A DNA stretch of 64,000 bases from positions 1,280,001 to 1,344,000 of the forward strand of contig OZ250169.1 in assembly GCA_965237955.1 (NCBI GenBank), in the 5' to 3' direction. Within the stretch, counting starts at the first letter, position 1. Every line of letters begins with the position of its first letter. Position numbers and translations under genes: made by a program. The notes below the pieces were generated by a model that was given only the letters and a program-made list of their open reading frames with translations, searched no databases and had not been told where the DNA came from. This document shows positions 61,200 through 64,000 of this stretch, piece after piece. This DNA comes from Candidatus Marinacidobacterales bacterium. Its GTDB lineage: Bacteria; Acidobacteriota; Vicinamibacteria; Marinacidobacterales; SMYC01.

Positions 61200-62288
61200 T
61201 TGCCGAAACGTACGTCTCTCTATCCTCTCCACAAGGAGCTTGGCGCCCGCATCGTCGACTTCGCCGGGTGGGAGATGCCGGTCGACTTCGGTGGCATCGT
61301 GGAAGAACACCTCAACGTGCGCGCCCAAGCTGGGCTTTTCGACGTCAGCCACATGGGCGAGCTCCTCGTCGAAGGCAAGGATGCTGAGGCATTGCTGCAA
61401 CGTCTCACGCCCAACGACGTTTCGCGACTCGTCGATGGTCAGGCGCAATACTCCGCACTCACCACCGAGGCCGGATGCTTCGTCGATGACGTGCTCGTGT
61501 ATCGCCGCGTTGAGAACCGCTACCTCGTCGTCGTGAACGCGGCCAATATCGACAAAGACTTTGCCTGGATCGAGTCCCGGGCCGAGGGCGAAGTCGAGCT
61601 CACGAACGCGAGTGACGACTACGCTCTCATGGCGCTCCAAGGGCCCAAAGCACTTGCGATTCTCCAGCCGCTCACCGGCGTCGAGCTGTCCGCGATGAAG
61701 TACTACCGCTTCGCGGACGGCGACGTTCTCGGTGAAAAAGCGATGGTCTCGCGAACGGGCTACACGGGCGAGGACGGGTTCGAGGTGATGGTCGCCTCCG
61801 AGCTCGGTGAGAAGATCGCGAGAGGGCTATTGGAAAAAGGTGCGGGCGACGGCCTCAAGCCGACCGGGCTCGCGGCACGGGATACGCTGCGCCTCGAAGC
61901 CAAGATGGCGCTCTACGGCAACGATATCGATGATGAGCACTCCGTGCTCGAAGCTGACCTTGGTTGGATCGTGAAGTGGAAGAAGGGCGAGTTTCTCGGG
62001 CGCGACGCGCTCAACCAGCAGAAAGAAGAGGGCGTAGCGAGAAAGCTCGTCGGTTTCGAGATGGTGGACCGCGGCATCGCGCGGCACGGCTATCCGGCCT
62101 TCGTCGATGGCAAGCCCGCCGGACCCGTGACCAGCGGTAGCTTCGTACCTTATTTAAAGAAGAACATCGGGCTCGTGTACCTTCCCGCCGAAGCCTGCGA
62201 AGAGGGCACGCGGTTCGAGATCGAGATTCGGGGACGCCGGGCCGAGGCCGTGGTCGTCGCCACTCCGTTCTACAAGCGAGAGAAATAG
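61200..62288 (+). CDS. gcvT: Glycine cleavage system T protein
   Basis: KRTSLY, FAGWEMP, FDVSHMGE, SRTGYTGEDGFE, ARDTLRLEA; start TTG 61200 or ATG 61182. Confidence 0.96.
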   Translation: MPKRTSLYPLHKELGARIVDFAGWEMPVDFGGIVEEHLNVRAQAGLFDVSHMGELLVEGKDAEALLQRLTPNDVSRLVDGQAQYSALTTEAGCFVDDVLVYRRVENRYLVVVNAANIDKDFAWIESRAEGEVELTNASDDYALMALQGPKALAILQPLTGVELSAMKYYRFADGDVLGEKAMVSRTGYTGEDGFEVMVASELGEKIARGLLEKGAGDGLKPTGLAARDTLRLEAKMALYGNDIDDEHSVLEADLGWIVKWKKGEFLGRDALNQQKEEGVARKLVGFEMVDRGIARHGYPAFVDGKPAGPVTSGSFVPYLKKNIGLVYLPAEACEEGTRFEIEIRGRRAEAVVVATPFYKREK

Positions 62289-62341
62289 GTCGATGGCGTG
62301 CCATTCGCGGGGCCATCAACCTATCGCTCCTGGAGAGACAT

Positions 62342-62731
62342 ATGCTTCCTGAGGACCGCAAGTACTCGAAAGAACACGAATGGATTCGACTCGACGGCGA
62401 AAAAGGGACCATCGGGATCACAGACTTCGCACAAAAAGAGCTCGGTGATGTCGTCTACGTCGAGCTTCCCGAGATCGGCGCCAAGGTCGTCGCCACCGAA
62501 GTTTTCGGGAACATCGAATCGGTGAAAGCCGTCTCCGAGCTCTTCTCTCCGGTTTCCGGCGAAGTCGTCGACGTCAACGGCAAAGTCATCGATGCCCCCG
62601 AGATGGTGAATGCCGATCCGCACGGAGACGCGTGGCTCATCGTCGTGAAGCTGGATGACCCATCGCAGCTCGACGCGTTGATGTCTGCCGCCGATTATCA
62701 AGGCTACATCGACAAGGAGGGACAGGGTTGA
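62342..62731 (+). CDS. gcvH: Glycine cleavage system H protein
   Basis: YSKEHEW, GITDFAQ..LGDVVY, IESVKAVS lipoyl motif. Confidence 0.97.
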   Translation: MLPEDRKYSKEHEWIRLDGEKGTIGITDFAQKELGDVVYVELPEIGAKVVATEVFGNIESVKAVSELFSPVSGEVVDVNGKVIDAPEMVNADPHGDAWLIVVKLDDPSQLDALMSAADYQGYIDKEGQG

Positions 62732-64000
62732 GGGAGAAGGATCTCGACGCTCTCCTTCCAAGCGACGACTTCGTTCCACGGCACATCGGGCCTCGGCCGG
62801 CAGATATCGAGGCCATGCTCGCGCTTGTCGGCTACGACGACTTGGATTCGCTGGTGCGGGATACCGTGCCTGACGACATCCTCATGGATCGGCCGCTCGA
62901 CGTTCCCGAGGCGAAAGGGGAGTTCGCACTCATTCACGAGCTCCGCGCGCTCGCTTCGAAGAATCAGTTGAAGCGCAACTTCATCGGCCTCGGTTACTAC
63001 GACTGCATCACCCCGCCGGTCATCCAGCGGAACATCTTCGAAAATCCAGGGTGGTACACGCAGTACACGCCTTATCAGGCCGAGATCAGCCAGGGTCGTC
63101 TGGAGGCCCTGTTGAACTTCCAGACGATGATCGCCGATCTAACCGGGCTTCCGCTCGCGAACTCGTCGCTCCTGGACGAAGCGACCGCCGCCGCCGAGGC
63201 GATGAGCATGTCGGCGGCCATCACCCGGCACAAGAAGAACGGTTTTTTCGTGGCCGACGATTGTCATCCGCAGACGATTGCAGTCGTCGAGACTCGGGCG
63301 AGGCCGCTCGAGATCGATCTCACCGTCGGTCCGGTGCAGTCGATCGATCTCGACTCCGGCGAGCTGTTCGGCATTCTGCTTTCGTATCCGACGACGGATG
63401 GCCGCATCGAAGACTACGAGGATCTGTGCCGGCGAGCGAAAGAGGCCGGCGTCGTCGTCACCATGGCGACGGACTTGCTTGCGTTGACACTGTTGCGGCC
63501 GCCGGGTGAGCTCGGTTGTGACATCGCCATCGGAAACTCGCAGCGCTTCGGTGTTCCCCTCGGCGCGGGTGGGCCGCACGCCGCTTTCCTGGCAACGCGT
63601 GACGAGCACGCGCGGCGCATGCCTGGCCGGATCATCGGCGTATCCAAAGATGCCGAAGGGCGCGCGGCTTATCGTCTCGCGGTCCAAACACGCGAGCAGC
63701 ACATCCGTCGCGACAAAGCGACGAGCAATATCTGTACCGCGCAGGTGCTCCTCGCCATCATGGCGAGCATGTATGGCGTCTACCACGGGCCGGAAGGGCT
63801 GACCAGGATTGCGCGTCGAGTACACGGTCTGACCACAGTTCTGGCCGACGCCCTCCGCAAGCGAGGGCTCGATGTCGGCGATAAATCCTTTTTCGATACC
63901 CTGCGCGTGCGCGTGCCACGTGAGCCGGGAAAGGTTGTAGAGTGCATACTCGCCGAGGCGGTACGGCAAGGGATGAACTTGCGCGCCTACGCGGATGGGT
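62728..64000 (+). CDS. gcvP: Glycine dehydrogenase P protein (partial, runs off window)
   Basis: F..RHIGP, FIGLGYY, ENPGWYTQYTPYQAEISQGRLE, SLLDEATA, REQHIRRDKATSNICTAQ. Confidence 0.96.
   Translation, partial: MREKDLDALLPSDDFVPRHIGPRPADIEAMLALVGYDDLDSLVRDTVPDDILMDRPLDVPEAKGEFALIHELRALASKNQLKRNFIGLGYYDCITPPVIQRNIFENPGWYTQYTPYQAEISQGRLEALLNFQTMIADLTGLPLANSSLLDEATAAAEAMSMSAAITRHKKNGFFVADDCHPQTIAVVETRARPLEIDLTVGPVQSIDLDSGELFGILLSYPTTDGRIEDYEDLCRRAKEAGVVVTMATDLLALTLLRPPGELGCDIAIGNSQRFGVPLGAGGPHAAFLATRDEHARRMPGRIIGVSKDAEGRAAYRLAVQTREQHIRRDKATSNICTAQVLLAIMASMYGVYHGPEGLTRIARRVHGLTTVLADALRKRGLDVGDKSFFDTLRVRVPREPGKVVECILAEAVRQGMNLRAYADG

Overview
GC-rich bacterial chromosome segment. Gene content (DUF4388 proteins, kinase-TolB fusions, DUF6982-like protein, sulfatases) suggests an Acidobacteriota lineage; this is inferred. 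The left ~20 kb, on the 3' side of tRNA-Leu(CAG), is an accessory, decaying region: IS5, IS3, IS1 and IS256 elements with readable terminal repeats, several pseudogenes, a PQQ/cytochrome c dehydrogenase and a Cys-rich secreted protein. The rest is mostly housekeeping (rnr, ppx, apaH, selB, radC, larC, tatD, yajQ, rlmN, rnpB, gcvT/H/P). It also holds two toxin-antitoxin loci (one mazF split by an ISL3) and a sigma54-type comEA-pseudopilin-spoVG operon facing a PilB/GspE paralogue with degenerate ATPase motifs. The top candidate for an undescribed system is a 2.2-kb IS1-family element (17-bp TIRs, 8-bp TSD). It carries a 74-nt CCA-ended tRNA-like RNA with the alanine G3:U70 determinant and an aberrant anticodon arm in the transposase leader, plus two cargo ORFs. 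Many single-base frameshifts, several in homopolymers, suggest sequencing indel errors, so frameshift-only pseudogene calls are uncertain.
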